The notes under the pieces: model-generated | The model's database searches: none | The model's input: only the letters and a program-made list of their open reading frames with translations | What the model was told of the DNA's origin: nothing | Program-made: the position numbers and the translations under genes | Shown here: piece after piece, positions 9,017-19,985 of the stretch | How the letters are laid out: each line of letters opens with the position of its first letter | Numbering within the stretch: the stretch's first letter is position 1 | Source: Candidatus Altiarchaeales archaeon | Lineage (GTDB): Archaea > Altiarchaeota > Altiarchaeia > IMC4 > SCGC-AAA252-I15 | Assembly (NCBI GenBank): GCA_014727915.1 | Contig: WJMO01000006.1 | Span: 416,001-480,000 of the forward strand | Direction of reading: 5' to 3' | Length of the DNA: 64,000 nucleotides

Positions 9017-10414
9017 CTATTTCACCTGTTCGCCGAACAGTGTGTCCACGATATTCAGGAATTCTTTTAGTTTTTCTCTTGGGACTCTTGCCCCGGCTGC
9101 GATGTCGTGGCCGCCTCCTTCTCCGCCGAGCTTCCGACTGCATTCGCGCATGGCATTCCCTAGGTGTAGGCCGCGCCTCACCAGCCCCCAGTTGGCCCTC
9201 GCAGAAACCTTGAGGAAGCCCGGGTCGTCACGGTCCTCCGCGAACGCGAGTATGGGCTTACCAGGAGGTATGATACGCGCGCCATAGGCCATCCCAGCGA
9301 CAACACCGATGATCGACTCCTTTATGACCCCGCCGGCGTCGAAGTACCGTAGGTTGGACATGTCCTCAGTGCCATTTTCGGAGAGCCATTCGATGCCCTC
9401 CCTCAGGAGTTTCCTGTGCCTTTCAAGCATTCCCTGCGCCTTCTTCCACTGGCTCCCCCTGTCGCCAAGGCATACTTTCACTCCCAAGTCTGGCTGTTCC
9501 TGGCGGCCGCATGCGTTCAACACGGTCGCGAACTCCTTGGAGTCCCTCAGCTCGGACTTGAACTCCTCCCTCACGAGAGTGTAGACCTCGCCGAACATGC
9601 CGTGTATTATGAAGTCCGGAGTGTTCAAGTCCACCAATTTCATGTACAGTGCACTGGTCAGCTTCTCACGCTCGGCCTGCGAAAGCTCGACATATGAGCG
9701 GTAGTCTCCGTTGTCCCGCAAGGGGATGCCGAGCGACTCTATGAACTGGGCGCACGCCTGCTGGTTCCCCGTCAAACCCGGTATGACAGGATCGGAGGAG
9801 TAAGCTATCATCTGCGTCAGGCTCCGGGACTGACGGCCGAACATGCGAATGTCATTCTCGACCCCCATAAGCCCTGCATCCACGGCGTCACCCAGTATTA
9901 GCCTGTTTATCGACTCGAGCGCTCCGTTACTGTCCTGCATGTCCCCGACCGCACCCACCACCGCAACAGCCGCCATGGCAGTCCTGCCGAGGGATTTGGC
10001 GACGAAATAGGCCATGCCAGCGCCGCTCACCTCCCCACCGCCGTCGTAGCCGAAGTAGTGGGGATTTATCTGGCGGGAATATTCCATCTCAGGGGGATGA
10101 TGGTCTATTACAAAATAGTCCTTTACGCCGTGTTCAGCCAGGAGAGAATGATGGCCGCTGCCAAAGTCCGTGAGCACGAGGGTGCTGCCGTCGTATTCCC
10201 TAATCTTCTCCACAGTGACGGAGTCTATCTGCTTCATGCACGCGTAGTCCACGTTCTTACCGAGGGAACGCAAAAGGTCCACGGTGACAGAGCAGCTTGT
10301 TATGCCATCGGCGTCATGGTGGCTCAAAACGAAGTAGTCGTCGTTTTCCGAAAGCTCCGAGGAGAACTCACGTAGCGCCTTCTCAAACTCTGGACTGAGC
10401 GTCTCATTGGACAT
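9017..10414 (-). CDS. DHH/DHHA1 phosphoesterase, RecJ/GAN-like
   Basis: SHHDADG, TDFGSG, IDHH, GAVGDMQ, EFATVLNACGR, GGGHDIAAGA. Confidence 0.92.
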   Translation of the reverse strand: MSNETLSPEFEKALREFSSELSENDDYFVLSHHDADGITSCSVTVDLLRSLGKNVDYACMKQIDSVTVEKIREYDGSTLVLTDFGSGHHSLLAEHGVKDYFVIDHHPPEMEYSRQINPHYFGYDGGGEVSGAGMAYFVAKSLGRTAMAAVAVVGAVGDMQDSNGALESINRLILGDAVDAGLMGVENDIRMFGRQSRSLTQMIAYSSDPVIPGLTGNQQACAQFIESLGIPLRDNGDYRSYVELSQAEREKLTSALYMKLVDLNTPDFIIHGMFGEVYTLVREEFKSELRDSKEFATVLNACGRQEQPDLGVKVCLGDRGSQWKKAQGMLERHRKLLREGIEWLSENGTEDMSNLRYFDAGGVIKESIIGVVAGMAYGARIIPPGKPILAFAEDRDDPGFLKVSARANWGLVRRGLHLGNAMRECSRKLGGEGGGHDIAAGARVPREKLKEFLNIVDTLFGEQVK

Positions 10415-10437
10415 AGGAGAAGAAATAGGTTTTAATC

Positions 10438-10971
10438 CTATAAATTAGCAGCCCTCTCATTCAGCACTTCAGCCAGCTTCTCCAGCCAAGCAACCGGATT
10501 GTCAACGTACAACATGACCTCCGCGAACTGTAGGTTGACGTCCATGTACCTTACCCTCAGACCGTTCTGGTGGATCGCGAACTCTGATATCCTGTCCAAG
10601 GGTATGAACAACGAAGCCTCCCCGCTGTTGGACGTCTCAGCCATCAAACCCAGGTTTGTCAGGTAGATTATCGCCTTGGTGGGTGAGAAGGGAAAGTCCT
10701 TCTCGCCGATGCTAACGATAACGAAGTGTGAGCTGGGAGACGCGGAACGGAGGATTATCTCCTCTTCCTCGTGGAGTTCCAGCGTCTTCTCCTGGCTTAT
10801 GGAGAGGTATATGTAGTATGCTGACACTATGCCCGCCACCACCCCGAACCCGAGAGCCAGCGCCTCGAACTTCAGAGAGGGGCCAGATAGATAAGCATAT
10901 GAGAGGGCAAGCAACAGCACAGCGATGGCGACATACGGAAGGGCCCGCCCTATAATGGAGTCAAAGTCCAT
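10438..10971 (-). CDS. Two-TM membrane protein with a PH/GRAM-like C-terminal domain
   Basis: Two N-terminal hydrophobic helices; IIYLTNLGLM beta-pattern and terminal W-containing helix. Confidence 0.55.
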   Translation of the reverse strand: MDFDSIIGRALPYVAIAVLLLALSYAYLSGPSLKFEALALGFGVVAGIVSAYYIYLSISQEKTLELHEEEEIILRSASPSSHFVIVSIGEKDFPFSPTKAIIYLTNLGLMAETSNSGEASLFIPLDRISEFAIHQNGLRVRYMDVNLQFAEVMLYVDNPVAWLEKLAEVLNERAANL

Positions 10972-11009
10972 CGTTTAATATTTAGCCTCCCCCATAAAAA
11001 GTAGATAAC

Positions 11010-11513
11010 ATGAAGCTGCTATGGTGCATAACAGGAGGAGAATACCATCTGGAAGAGTGTGTCGAATATATCGAAGGATTAAATGACATTACATTAGTAT
11101 TCTCCCAGGCAGGGATGGAAGTCACTGCAATGTACGGTCTAATGGAGAGGATAAGGAATCTGGGCTGTGAGATAGTCCATGAGAAAGACCAGGGCAGTTC
11201 AGCGCCAATAATAAGGAGGCTGCGCCAGTACGGGAAAGTGGTTGTAGCCCCTTGCACAGCCAACACGGCTGCCAAGATAGCGAACGGCATCGCCGACAGC
11301 CTGGTTTCCAACATCGTCTCACAGGGCCTTAAGATGGGATTGGAGATAATAGTGTTGCCTACAGACTCGGCCGAGGAAGTTAAGGGAAAGGCTGTTGACG
11401 GGAGCGAAGTTAGCATAAGGTGCAGGGACATAGACCTGGAGAACGTAGATAAGATCAGAGGAGAGGTATTGGTAGTGTCAGAGCCAGGACACCTGGGAGA
11501 AGCACTGGGCTAG
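11010..11513 (+). CDS. HFCD-family archaeal flavoprotein (AfpA/DmrX-like, no ferredoxin insert)
   Basis: WCITG, FSQAGMEV..MYGL, APCTANTAAKIANGIADSLVSN, LPTD, R.IDLENV. Confidence 0.8.
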   Translation: MKLLWCITGGEYHLEECVEYIEGLNDITLVFSQAGMEVTAMYGLMERIRNLGCEIVHEKDQGSSAPIIRRLRQYGKVVVAPCTANTAAKIANGIADSLVSNIVSQGLKMGLEIIVLPTDSAEEVKGKAVDGSEVSIRCRDIDLENVDKIRGEVLVVSEPGHLGEALG

Positions 11514-11797
11514 CGCCTCTTCTTCCAGACGGCAATGCCTGCCAGGGTTACGAATGCTATGGCAAGGGATGATGTGAGGGTGTTTATGGGCATGCCTAGG
11601 TTTTTCGTGAGGAAATAGAGGAGTAACTGAGGAGCCAGGCCGAATATGAGGCTCAGTCCAAGCCTCTCAGACCATGTTAGGCCGCGCTTCTTTGGGAACA
11701 ACGCCAGGGTCACAGCCAAGCCTGGAACGAACACAAGCAGCACAAGAAAAGCCGACACCCATATTATCTGAAATGCCTCCATGTATAGAGATAACAA
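11510..11797 (-). CDS. Small 3-TM membrane protein (DUF1616-like)
   Basis: FVPGL...ALFPK....ERLGLSL pattern. Confidence 0.6.
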   Translation of the reverse strand: MLSLYMEAFQIIWVSAFLVLLVFVPGLAVTLALFPKKRGLTWSERLGLSLIFGLAPQLLLYFLTKNLGMPINTLTSSLAIAFVTLAGIAVWKKRR

Positions 11798-11814
11798 CAG
11801 CTTAAAATAAAACC

Positions 11815-12900
11815 TTAAATCATGTCCGCCAGGAGGTGGGGCATGTTAAAGAGGGCTTTGAACAGGAAACGGGGGTTTTTCATGAGTGCTGACAACGTCT
11901 TGGAAGCTAAGTCCATGTCACCCCCGGACTCAAGGGAAGCAGTGCCCTCCCTAGCAGCCCTGAACATGCGGTCCTTCGTGTCGTCAGACATCCTGCAGAG
12001 CATCCTGTGTATCATCAGATGCAACCTCAACTCTCCGCCCAGTTCACGCCTCCAACACGCCTCATAGTCGGGTCTGCACGAGTAGGCCGCTGAAATACCG
12101 CCAAAAACCACACCACCGCCCGTGGAGGCCTTTACTTGGCCTGCAGCATCCCCGACCGTTACGATGTTGTCATACTGTGTTCGCAGGGAAGGTTCGTGGA
12201 TGGGTATTATGCCAAAAGACTCTGAATGCCTACTGTCAGACCGCACCCTACCAGCCGACTTCAGGCGTTTCACGAAATCATCCAGGTAAGGCCGTGGATT
12301 GGACTTCACGCACAAACCCACCCTGGCGACATCCCCCGCAGGTATCACCCATGCGAAGAAGTCAGGAACTGTGAAGTGGAGCTCCACAAAGTCAGGGTCG
12401 CAGTCCACCTTCATCTCATACTGCCCTCCGATGAGGAAGTCACGGGGCATTTCAACGCCGCGCTGTCGGTGCAGGGTGTAGTCAGTGCCTGTCGCCAGCA
12501 CTATCCGGTCGGCCTTCAACTCTCCTCCAAACCTCAGGTTCACACCACCGTTCAAAGAAGACACCCAGTCCTCAACATAGGTGGCACCGGCTTTCAGCGC
12601 CTTGTCCTGCAATCGCATGTCAAACCCGGGCCTGTCCAAGGCGTAGGCTTTGGTTCGTCGCCCGTCTATCTCAACCTCGACTTTGCCTGGAGAGTACATG
12701 CGTGCGCCCCGGACCTTGTTCAGAACCGTATCCCCCGGGCTGGCATCAATCCTCTCCAAACCTGATTTGCTTATCAGCCCAGCGCACTGCATCCGCCTTA
12801 TGCCTGTGCCCACCAACGCGACCTCATTGGCCGAGCAACCACGCTCGGCTGCTATGCAACCCGCGGGTCCGTTGCCCACCACAGCAACATCGTATCTCAT
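11815..12900 (-). CDS. Geranylgeranyl reductase family FAD oxidoreductase
   Basis: DVAVVGNGPAG, CAGLIS, DR..FD, FFAWVIP, GDAAGQVKASTGGG. Confidence 0.88.
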   Translation of the reverse strand: MRYDVAVVGNGPAGCIAAERGCSANEVALVGTGIRRMQCAGLISKSGLERIDASPGDTVLNKVRGARMYSPGKVEVEIDGRRTKAYALDRPGFDMRLQDKALKAGATYVEDWVSSLNGGVNLRFGGELKADRIVLATGTDYTLHRQRGVEMPRDFLIGGQYEMKVDCDPDFVELHFTVPDFFAWVIPAGDVARVGLCVKSNPRPYLDDFVKRLKSAGRVRSDSRHSESFGIIPIHEPSLRTQYDNIVTVGDAAGQVKASTGGGVVFGGISAAYSCRPDYEACWRRELGGELRLHLMIHRMLCRMSDDTKDRMFRAAREGTASLESGGDMDLASKTLSALMKNPRFLFKALFNMPHLLADMI

Positions 12901-13529
12901 CTTTTCTTAAGCAGCTTGTCGGAGGCGACCAACGTCTTCTCCCTTGCGCCCTCAACCCTCACATAGCCCTTTTTCTCAAGGCCTTCAGCCCATTTTACTA
13001 TTGTCTCCTGGCTGACATCCAATAGCAGGGAGGCATCATACAATTTTATCCGCCCCATTCGCTGGATCAGCTGTATGAAATCCTTCACATTGTTCCGGGG
13101 CTTATCCCTCTTCGGGGGGTGGGACTCTGATATCGTCGACTCCAACAGGCTGTCAAGCTCGTCGTCGGAGGGGAGCCCACCGACCCCGAACCTCTGGCCT
13201 CCCAATCCCCCCTCCAACGAAGCGGACTCCTCCTTGAATTCCCTGAAATCTCTCTCTCGCTTCTTCAGCTTACGCTCCAACGCCTTGGCCTTGGCTTCAG
13301 CCGACTCGATCTTCCTCTCCTTTTCGCTGAGCTTCTTCTGCAATTCGGTTATCTGCTGCCTGCACTTCAACAGGTGGAATGTGAGAGACTCCATCTGCTG
13401 GGCTTGGACGGTCATGGCCAGCTGCTCGGGGGTGAGCCTGTCGATTGCGGACTGATGCCATGCTGAAAGCTCCTCCTCCAGCTTGATACGCCTGATCCTC
13501 TCCTCTTCAAGCTCCTTACTCGCGTCCAT
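12897..13529 (-). CDS. Coiled-coil protein with C-terminal winged helix
   Basis: Long E/K/R-rich heptad region, then IKLYDASLLLDVSQETIVKWAEGLEKKGYV; start reassigned to ATG 13529. Confidence 0.65.
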   Translation of the reverse strand: MDASKELEEERIRRIKLEEELSAWHQSAIDRLTPEQLAMTVQAQQMESLTFHLLKCRQQITELQKKLSEKERKIESAEAKAKALERKLKKRERDFREFKEESASLEGGLGGQRFGVGGLPSDDELDSLLESTISESHPPKRDKPRNNVKDFIQLIQRMGRIKLYDASLLLDVSQETIVKWAEGLEKKGYVRVEGAREKTLVASDKLLKKR

Positions 13530-14595
13530 CCCTAAAGTCAACCACGTCAAAGACATCAGGTCCCGTTGAAATCAATGTTGCCTTGACTCCAAGCTTCTCC
13601 TCGATGCCCCCAACATGGGATATCGCATCCTCGGAGAGCCTGTCATAATCCTTAACACCAGAGCACTCGGGGAACAGCTTGTCCAAGCATGTGATGCATA
13701 TCTGCGTTGCGCCATTTACCCGGGAACTGTAGCGTGCCAGGTCATAGTCGAAGGAGCCTATCTTCCTGGGCCTGCCGGTCACGGTCCCCACCTCCCCAAG
13801 GTGCTTGGCGAGCATCTCGTTGGTTGTGCCCTCATGACCCTCTGCTTTCGCACGCTCCAACAACGCAGTCCACATGCTGCTCTTCTCCACCTCCTCGTCC
13901 GTGAGGTAGTGTATGTACGGGTCCTCGCCGACCCGGCTCATATACGCCTTGAATATAACGTAGACGTCGTTGACACGGGTTGGGCCAACGCCCATGTCCG
14001 CCGCCGCCGTTGAGGCGGAGGTGTCCTTGCTCGTAACATAAGGGTAGTTCCCGTAGTATAGGCTGAGCCCGAAGCCCTGGCTCGCCTCTATGAGCACGTC
14101 CTCTCCGCCGTCTATGGCATCGTTAATCAACTGCGGCACGTCAGCAATGTAGCCTTCCAGTTCCTTGAAGTCCTTCGCCTGCCTGGCTACCCTGTTGACC
14201 CGGGCCGCGTTCGCGGGACCGCAGCCGGACCCGGTGGTGCCTATCTTCTTGCTGTTCGCTGAATGGTCCGCGTCCTTGTGCTCCTGCTCGATGACAGCGC
14301 ACCGCCTGTCCACCTTTATCCTGTCCCCCACGCCGGTCATCTCAACCTCCTCAAGGAAACGCTGTATGTCGACTAGTACTCCAGCACCTATCAGGAGGTG
14401 TGAGTTTGGGTTGACGAAACCGCAGGTTATCATCCTCAGCCCGTATTTCTTCCCGTCCTTGTATACCGTGTGGCCTGCGTTAGGGCCGACCCCAGCCCTT
14501 CCTATGTATGCTGGCTTGTCTTTCAAAGCCAGGTACGAAACCATCTTACCCTTTCCCTCGTCTCCGTAATGCCCGCCAACGACAACTGATACCAT
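13516..14595 (-). CDS. purA: Adenylosuccinate synthetase (short archaeal type)
   Basis: GDEGKGK, GPNAGHT, IGTTGSGCGP, YPYVTS, GTVTGRPR. Confidence 0.97.
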   Translation of the reverse strand: MVSVVVGGHYGDEGKGKMVSYLALKDKPAYIGRAGVGPNAGHTVYKDGKKYGLRMITCGFVNPNSHLLIGAGVLVDIQRFLEEVEMTGVGDRIKVDRRCAVIEQEHKDADHSANSKKIGTTGSGCGPANAARVNRVARQAKDFKELEGYIADVPQLINDAIDGGEDVLIEASQGFGLSLYYGNYPYVTSKDTSASTAAADMGVGPTRVNDVYVIFKAYMSRVGEDPYIHYLTDEEVEKSSMWTALLERAKAEGHEGTTNEMLAKHLGEVGTVTGRPRKIGSFDYDLARYSSRVNGATQICITCLDKLFPECSGVKDYDRLSEDAISHVGGIEEKLGVKATLISTGPDVFDVVDFRDGRE

Positions 14596-14705
14596 GTTAT
14601 TTCACCTAATCTCAAAGACAAGTTATACTAAGTGAAACGGTATATTAATGCTTGAAAACAAGCCGGGCAACGTATTTAACATGCGCATGACATGAATAAG
14701 GGAAG

Positions 14706-15284
14706 ATGATAGACGAGAAGGAGCTGGAGTCCATAAGAGACGACCTCAGCAGGCTGTCAAACGACAAGATAGAGCAGACCAAGGCCAGCCGAGACGTTGT
14801 TAAGAAGAGCAAGGAGCTCATCTACAGCATCCACCGGGGTGACATGGAGACTGCAAAGGACAAGGCCGCAGAGATAGAAGAGATGCGTAAAAAACTGGAT
14901 GAGATGGCGAAGACAGAGAAGCTCCGGGGACAGCACAGCTACAGCATCGCAGTCCAAGAGTACGTGGAAGCGGTCACATACCATGAGGTCATGACCAGCA
15001 AGCGGCTGCCCACCAGAAAGCAGTTGAACGCGGACACGGAGCTCTACCTGATGGGATTGTCAGACCTCACCGGGGAACTCGTACGAAAGGCCGTTGACGA
15101 CATGGTAAAAGAGAACTACGACCGCGCAACATGGCTGCGGGACGTGGTCTCGGAAATATACGGGGCGATACTCTCCCTCGACTTCGAAGGAGGGGAAGCC
15201 CGGCGTAAAAGCGACCAGATCAAATGGAACCTCAACAAACTCGAAGACCTAGTATACGACGCCAAAATCAGGGGGAAAATCTGA
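14706..15284 (+). CDS. Translin/Trax family protein (archaeal C3PO-like)
   Basis: SR....SK..I..IHRG, QEYVEA, YLMGLSDLTGELVR, RRKSD. Confidence 0.88.
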   Translation: MIDEKELESIRDDLSRLSNDKIEQTKASRDVVKKSKELIYSIHRGDMETAKDKAAEIEEMRKKLDEMAKTEKLRGQHSYSIAVQEYVEAVTYHEVMTSKRLPTRKQLNADTELYLMGLSDLTGELVRKAVDDMVKENYDRATWLRDVVSEIYGAILSLDFEGGEARRKSDQIKWNLNKLEDLVYDAKIRGKI

Positions 15285-15292
15285 ACCGTTCG

Positions 15293-16531
15293 CTAATGCG
15301 GTTTCAGCCTGTTCTTGGGTTGGCCACCGCCATCGGGTTTTAGTTCCATCCGGGTTGTAGGAGGCCCGGCAGCAAGCAGTTCATCGACTGTAGCTACCAA
15401 ATCTGTTTTTCCGTCAGCACGCCACGACCCGCCAGCAGATTCGAGCGCCTGCCTCATACCCTGCGGGTCCTTTTTCAACTGGCCGCGTATCACCTGTCCA
15501 GCAAGTTCCCTGTTCTCCCCGCTCTCGTCGTTGAGGGTGAACGCCAGCTGCTCCTGCATCTCCGTTGGAAAACGCTGGCGCCCACATATCCTGGAAAGAC
15601 GTTCCAGGCTGGATTTCCTCATGAAATCATCCTGATGGGATAAGTCAGCTCCAAAATCCTGGATGGCCTCAACCGGCAGTTCCTGCTTGTCGCTCAGGTT
15701 TATCAAAGCCCGTGAGGAGGCATTACTTGAATGTCTCGTCCCCTCCTGGGATATAAGGTGAAGCCTTCGGACTACATCCTCCGGGAAAGCCTGTATCTCG
15801 GCAGCGTCAGCCAACGCCTCCCCAGCCAGCCTGTTAACCTCCACATCAGGGTCGCCCCTCATGGGAATGCCGTTTGAAAGCCCTCCCTGGCATACGCCCC
15901 CCTCACCAGTTGAACAGCCCATGAGGCTTGCAACATGCCTAAGATAAGGTTCCGGGAGCTCCCGCTTGCCAGCCATGTACATGAAAAACGCCACCCCGTA
16001 CCTGCGGAACCAATAGTCCTTATCCCTCAACAGCTCCACCATGGGACGCAGGACCGTGTCCTCGGGGAAGTCCCGGGCGTAAACATCCCTCAACTGCACA
16101 CCCCTGCCGGCAGCCACCTGGTGTATGCCCCGGTAGTCGAGGAATAGCGTGTCATCTCTCCCGCATTGAGCCCTCAGATCAGAGTTAACATCCTCTACGG
16201 AAATTCCGCCTTCTTCTGCTATTCTATCAATCATGCCTTTCTTGCCGTTTCCACGGCCTGCATTATGGGTCGCGTTAAGGGCATGCTCTCTAACCTGCGT
16301 CAGTTTCCCGCGATCGCTGTAAGGAATCTCGGCAAGAATTTCTCCGGGTGGAATATGGGTGGGGGGGTATTCATCGACTGGTGTCGCGTCAAAACGCAAG
16401 GCAATCAAACCCTGCAAAACAGGCAGGGGCAACCTAGCCTGTTCAGCGTGTTTTTCCGCATCCCTGCATGCCGCCACGCGCACATAAGGATCAGATGACC
16501 TAAGCCCCTCTAGGACCGAAGCCTCGTCCAT
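15293..16531 (-). CDS. HEAT-repeat-like hypothetical protein
   Basis: Repeats of the type LRSSDPYVRVAA, LLRDKDYWFRR, GDPDVEVNRLA, LSHQDDFMRK, LNDESGENRELA. Confidence 0.65.
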   Translation of the reverse strand: MDEASVLEGLRSSDPYVRVAACRDAEKHAEQARLPLPVLQGLIALRFDATPVDEYPPTHIPPGEILAEIPYSDRGKLTQVREHALNATHNAGRGNGKKGMIDRIAEEGGISVEDVNSDLRAQCGRDDTLFLDYRGIHQVAAGRGVQLRDVYARDFPEDTVLRPMVELLRDKDYWFRRYGVAFFMYMAGKRELPEPYLRHVASLMGCSTGEGGVCQGGLSNGIPMRGDPDVEVNRLAGEALADAAEIQAFPEDVVRRLHLISQEGTRHSSNASSRALINLSDKQELPVEAIQDFGADLSHQDDFMRKSSLERLSRICGRQRFPTEMQEQLAFTLNDESGENRELAGQVIRGQLKKDPQGMRQALESAGGSWRADGKTDLVATVDELLAAGPPTTRMELKPDGGGQPKNRLKPH

Positions 16532-16635
16532 GTCATTTAAGAAATAGGCAAGGTTTTATAATATGTTGAAAAATGAGGCCTTGGCAGGTGATTTAATACC
16601 TCTTTTTCTATATGATAAACCTTGAGGTTTAGGCG

Positions 16636-16878
16636 ATGGACTACACGGTTGAAGTGAGGGTTGAACTGAAGCACGGGGTGTTGGACGCTGAAGGAGAGAC
16701 CGTGCAGAAGAGCCTTGGACTCCTGGGCTTCAATGTGGACAAGGTCGAGACGGTGAAGGTCTACAAGGTGATGTTGAAGGCTGACAGCGAGGAGAAGGCG
16801 TTGAAGACGATGAAGCAGGCCTGTGAAAAGCTCCTGGCCAACCCTGTGATACAGGATTACAGCGTCAAGGTGGTATGA
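16636..16878 (+). CDS. purS: FGAM synthase subunit PurS
   Basis: LKHGVLDAEG, CEKLLANPVIQDY. Confidence 0.95.
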   Translation: MDYTVEVRVELKHGVLDAEGETVQKSLGLLGFNVDKVETVKVYKVMLKADSEEKALKTMKQACEKLLANPVIQDYSVKVV

Positions 16879-19188
16879 TTGTACAAGAAGCTCACAGACG
16901 ACGTTTATGAAGTTGAGATACTGGAGGCGTCAAAGGAGGAGCTGGAGACCATAAGCAGGGAGCGGAACATCGGATTGTCCGACGACGAGATGGTGATGGT
17001 CCAAACCCACTTCAAAAAAGAGGGCCGGAACCCCACGGACATAGAGTTGGAGGCCATCGCCCAGAGCTGGAGCGAACACTGCTGCTACAAGAGCAGCAAA
17101 CCCATACTCAAGGAGACCGTGTTCAACATCGAGGCACCCCAGAACATCTGCGTCATAAGCGAGGACGCGGGCGTCGTAGACTTCGACGAAGACCACGCCT
17201 ACGTGGTAGCATTGGAATCACATAATCACCCGTCCGCCTTGGATCCCTACGGCGGCGCAGCCACGGGAGTCGGCGGCATATTGAGGGATGTCGTCTGCAT
17301 GGGCGCCCAGCCCATCGCGTTGATAGACCCATTGTTCTTCGGGCCGCTCGACTACGACGATAAGAAGCTGCCAGCGGGGACGAAACACCCCAAGTACCTC
17401 TTCCACGGCGTCGTGTCAGGCATCGCAGACTACGGGAACCGCGTGGGCATACCTACGGTCGCAGGCATGGTATGCTTCGACGAGAGCTACGTAAGCAATT
17501 GCCTGGTGAACGTCGGGTGCATCGGCATAGTGCCGAAGGACGAGATAATACACAGCTACGCCGGAGGCGCGGGCGACAAGCTCATACTGGCAGGTGGGAA
17601 GACAGGGAGGGACGGCATACACGGGGTAACATTCGCAAGCGCGGAACTGGACGAGAGCAGCGAATCAGAGTCACGCCCTGCAGTACAGCTGGGATATGCG
17701 ATCATGAAGGAGCCGCTGATGCACGCCTGCCTAGAAGCCAACCGGAAGAAACTGCTGACTGGTATGAAGGACTTCGGCGGCGGCGGACTGAGCTGCGTGT
17801 CGGCGGAGATGGCCCACGCAGCCGGATTGGGAGCCACCATAGACCTGGACAGGATAGCATTGAAGGAGCCGGGCGTGAAGCCATGGGAGATATGGGTGTC
17901 GGAAAGCCAGGAGAGGATGATGGTCTCGGTCAAACCGGAGGACGTGGACAAGGTATTGGAGATATTCGACTTCTGGGACGTCCCAGCCGCGGTGGTCGGG
18001 GAAGTAGACGAATCAACGAGGATCAAAGCCACCCACGGGGGGGTTAAGGTGTTGGACATGGACCTGGAATTCCTGATAAAAGGCGTTTGCTACACCCGCC
18101 CCTATAAGAAGGCTCCCGCCTGCATAGACGAAACAGATTTCAAGATGCCCGACCTGGAGAAGGCATGCCTGGACCTGCTGAACCTGGAGAACGTCGGCAG
18201 CAGGGAATCGGTTATCAGGAGGTACGACCATGAGGTCCGCGCCAACACCATATTGAAGCCCATGCAGGGCATCGTGAACAGGCAAACCCACGGGGACGCG
18301 GCGGTCATTAAGCCGTTGGACGAATCATACCGGGGACTGTCCATAACATCGGACGTGAACCCCTTCCTATGCAGGGCAGACCCCTACTGGGGCTCCGCGT
18401 CGGCGGTTGAGGAGGCGATAAGGAACCTTGTGGCAGTCAACAGCGCGCCCCATTCCATGGCCGACTGCCTCAACTTCGGGAACCCGGAGAAGGAAGACCG
18501 GCTTGGGGAGTTCGCGGCCGCGGCCGAAGGCCTCTACTTCGTAGCGAATGCCTTCGGGATACCGTTCGTGTCGGGGAACGTCAGCCTATACAACGAAGGA
18601 CCCACCGGACCCATCGCACCCACCCCAACCCTATTGGGCGTCGGGATAGTCGAGGACGTGCGGAAATGCGTCACCTCCGACTTGAAAGGGTCGGGCAACA
18701 ACATATACCTGGTTGGGGAGACCAGAAAGGAGATGAGGGGGTCACAGTATTACAGGATGATGGGTTTGGACGGCGGGTGCGTGCCAACAGTGGAGCCAGA
18801 GAAGACCAAAGAGAAGGTGAATGGGTTGTTGAAGGCCATGGAGAAGGAGCTGGTGAAGAGCTGCCACGATCCCTCGGAGGGCGGGTTGTTCATCGCGCTC
18901 GCAGAGATGTGCCTCGGAGGAGAAATGGGAGTAGAAGCCGACATCACACCCTTAGGAGAGCTGAGATCAGACTTCAAGCTGTTCAGCGAATCCAACGGGC
19001 GGTGGCTGGTGGAAGTCGCGGACGAGGACAGGAAGGAGTTCGAGAAGACCGTTGAGTGTGTGAAGATAGGAACCACAAAAGATGATAAAAAAATCAAAAT
19101 AATTGATAGAAAAGTTGAAATAGTTTTGAATTTGGATGATGTGAGGGGCGTTTGGTCGTCTGCAATTGAGCGGGAGGTGCCGGAATGA
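16879..19188 (+). CDS. purL: FGAM synthase subunit PurL
   Basis: [54 protein letters not shown]; TTG start directly after purS. Confidence 0.97.
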   Translation: MYKKLTDDVYEVEILEASKEELETISRERNIGLSDDEMVMVQTHFKKEGRNPTDIELEAIAQSWSEHCCYKSSKPILKETVFNIEAPQNICVISEDAGVVDFDEDHAYVVALESHNHPSALDPYGGAATGVGGILRDVVCMGAQPIALIDPLFFGPLDYDDKKLPAGTKHPKYLFHGVVSGIADYGNRVGIPTVAGMVCFDESYVSNCLVNVGCIGIVPKDEIIHSYAGGAGDKLILAGGKTGRDGIHGVTFASAELDESSESESRPAVQLGYAIMKEPLMHACLEANRKKLLTGMKDFGGGGLSCVSAEMAHAAGLGATIDLDRIALKEPGVKPWEIWVSESQERMMVSVKPEDVDKVLEIFDFWDVPAAVVGEVDESTRIKATHGGVKVLDMDLEFLIKGVCYTRPYKKAPACIDETDFKMPDLEKACLDLLNLENVGSRESVIRRYDHEVRANTILKPMQGIVNRQTHGDAAVIKPLDESYRGLSITSDVNPFLCRADPYWGSASAVEEAIRNLVAVNSAPHSMADCLNFGNPEKEDRLGEFAAAAEGLYFVANAFGIPFVSGNVSLYNEGPTGPIAPTPTLLGVGIVEDVRKCVTSDLKGSGNNIYLVGETRKEMRGSQYYRMMGLDGGCVPTVEPEKTKEKVNGLLKAMEKELVKSCHDPSEGGLFIALAEMCLGGEMGVEADITPLGELRSDFKLFSESNGRWLVEVADEDRKEFEKTVECVKIGTTKDDKKIKIIDRKVEIVLNLDDVRGVWSSAIEREVPE

Positions 19189-19985
19189 AAGCGGCCATCC
19201 TGGTGATAGAGGGGACCAACTGCGAGGACGAAGGCAGCAAAGCATTCGAGAAGGTCGGCTTCGAAACCGAGAAGGTCCACCTGAAGCAGCTGACAAAAGA
19301 CTGCAGTAGAGAGAGGCATAGGACTCTTTCCGACTATGACGTCCTGTTCATCCCCGGAGGCTGGAGCGCCGGCGACTACATACGGGCGGGAGCCATATTC
19401 GGAGCGAGGATGAAGAGCACGCTCGGAGACGAACTACAGGAGTTCATCGACGATGAAAAAATCATAGTCGGCGTCTGCAATGGGTTCCAGGTCCTGGTAG
19501 AGTCGGGGATCCTGCCGGGCGTCAACGGCATCAGCGAAAAGGCGGAGGGAGTTCTAACCATAAACGCGAACGGCAGGTTCCAGTGCAGGCCGACATACCT
19601 AAAACATGAGAACGCGTGCAGGATAACAGAAGGCATCGGCGTGGGCGAAATAATGCAGGTGCCCGTCGCACATGCAGAGGGCAGGCTCACATTCGGTGAT
19701 AGGGACGATGAGATGCTCGGAATGCTAGAGAAGAACGGACAGATAGTTTTCACCTACTGCCGCCCGGACGGAAGGCCGGCTGAGGGGATAGTCCCCTGGA
19801 ACCCCAACGGGTCGCTGGCGGACATCGCAGGCATATGCAACCCAAAGGGGAACGTGCTTGGCATGATGCCCCACCCAGAGAGGGTGATGGAATCCATACA
19901 GCAGGCCGAGTGGACAAGAAGATGCTACGTTGGCGGGGACGGGCTCAAACTATTCAAGAGCATAGCAGACAATCTGAAACCCTAG
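19185..19985 (+). CDS. purQ: FGAM synthase subunit PurQ
   Basis: [39 protein letters not shown]. Confidence 0.97.
   Translation: MKAAILVIEGTNCEDEGSKAFEKVGFETEKVHLKQLTKDCSRERHRTLSDYDVLFIPGGWSAGDYIRAGAIFGARMKSTLGDELQEFIDDEKIIVGVCNGFQVLVESGILPGVNGISEKAEGVLTINANGRFQCRPTYLKHENACRITEGIGVGEIMQVPVAHAEGRLTFGDRDDEMLGMLEKNGQIVFTYCRPDGRPAEGIVPWNPNGSLADIAGICNPKGNVLGMMPHPERVMESIQQAEWTRRCYVGGDGLKLFKSIADNLKP

Noticed and set aside
14706-15284. Translin as evidence of a novel RNA-silencing system
   Set aside because: Archaeal translin/Trax homologues are already known, and no Argonaute or partner gene lies nearby.
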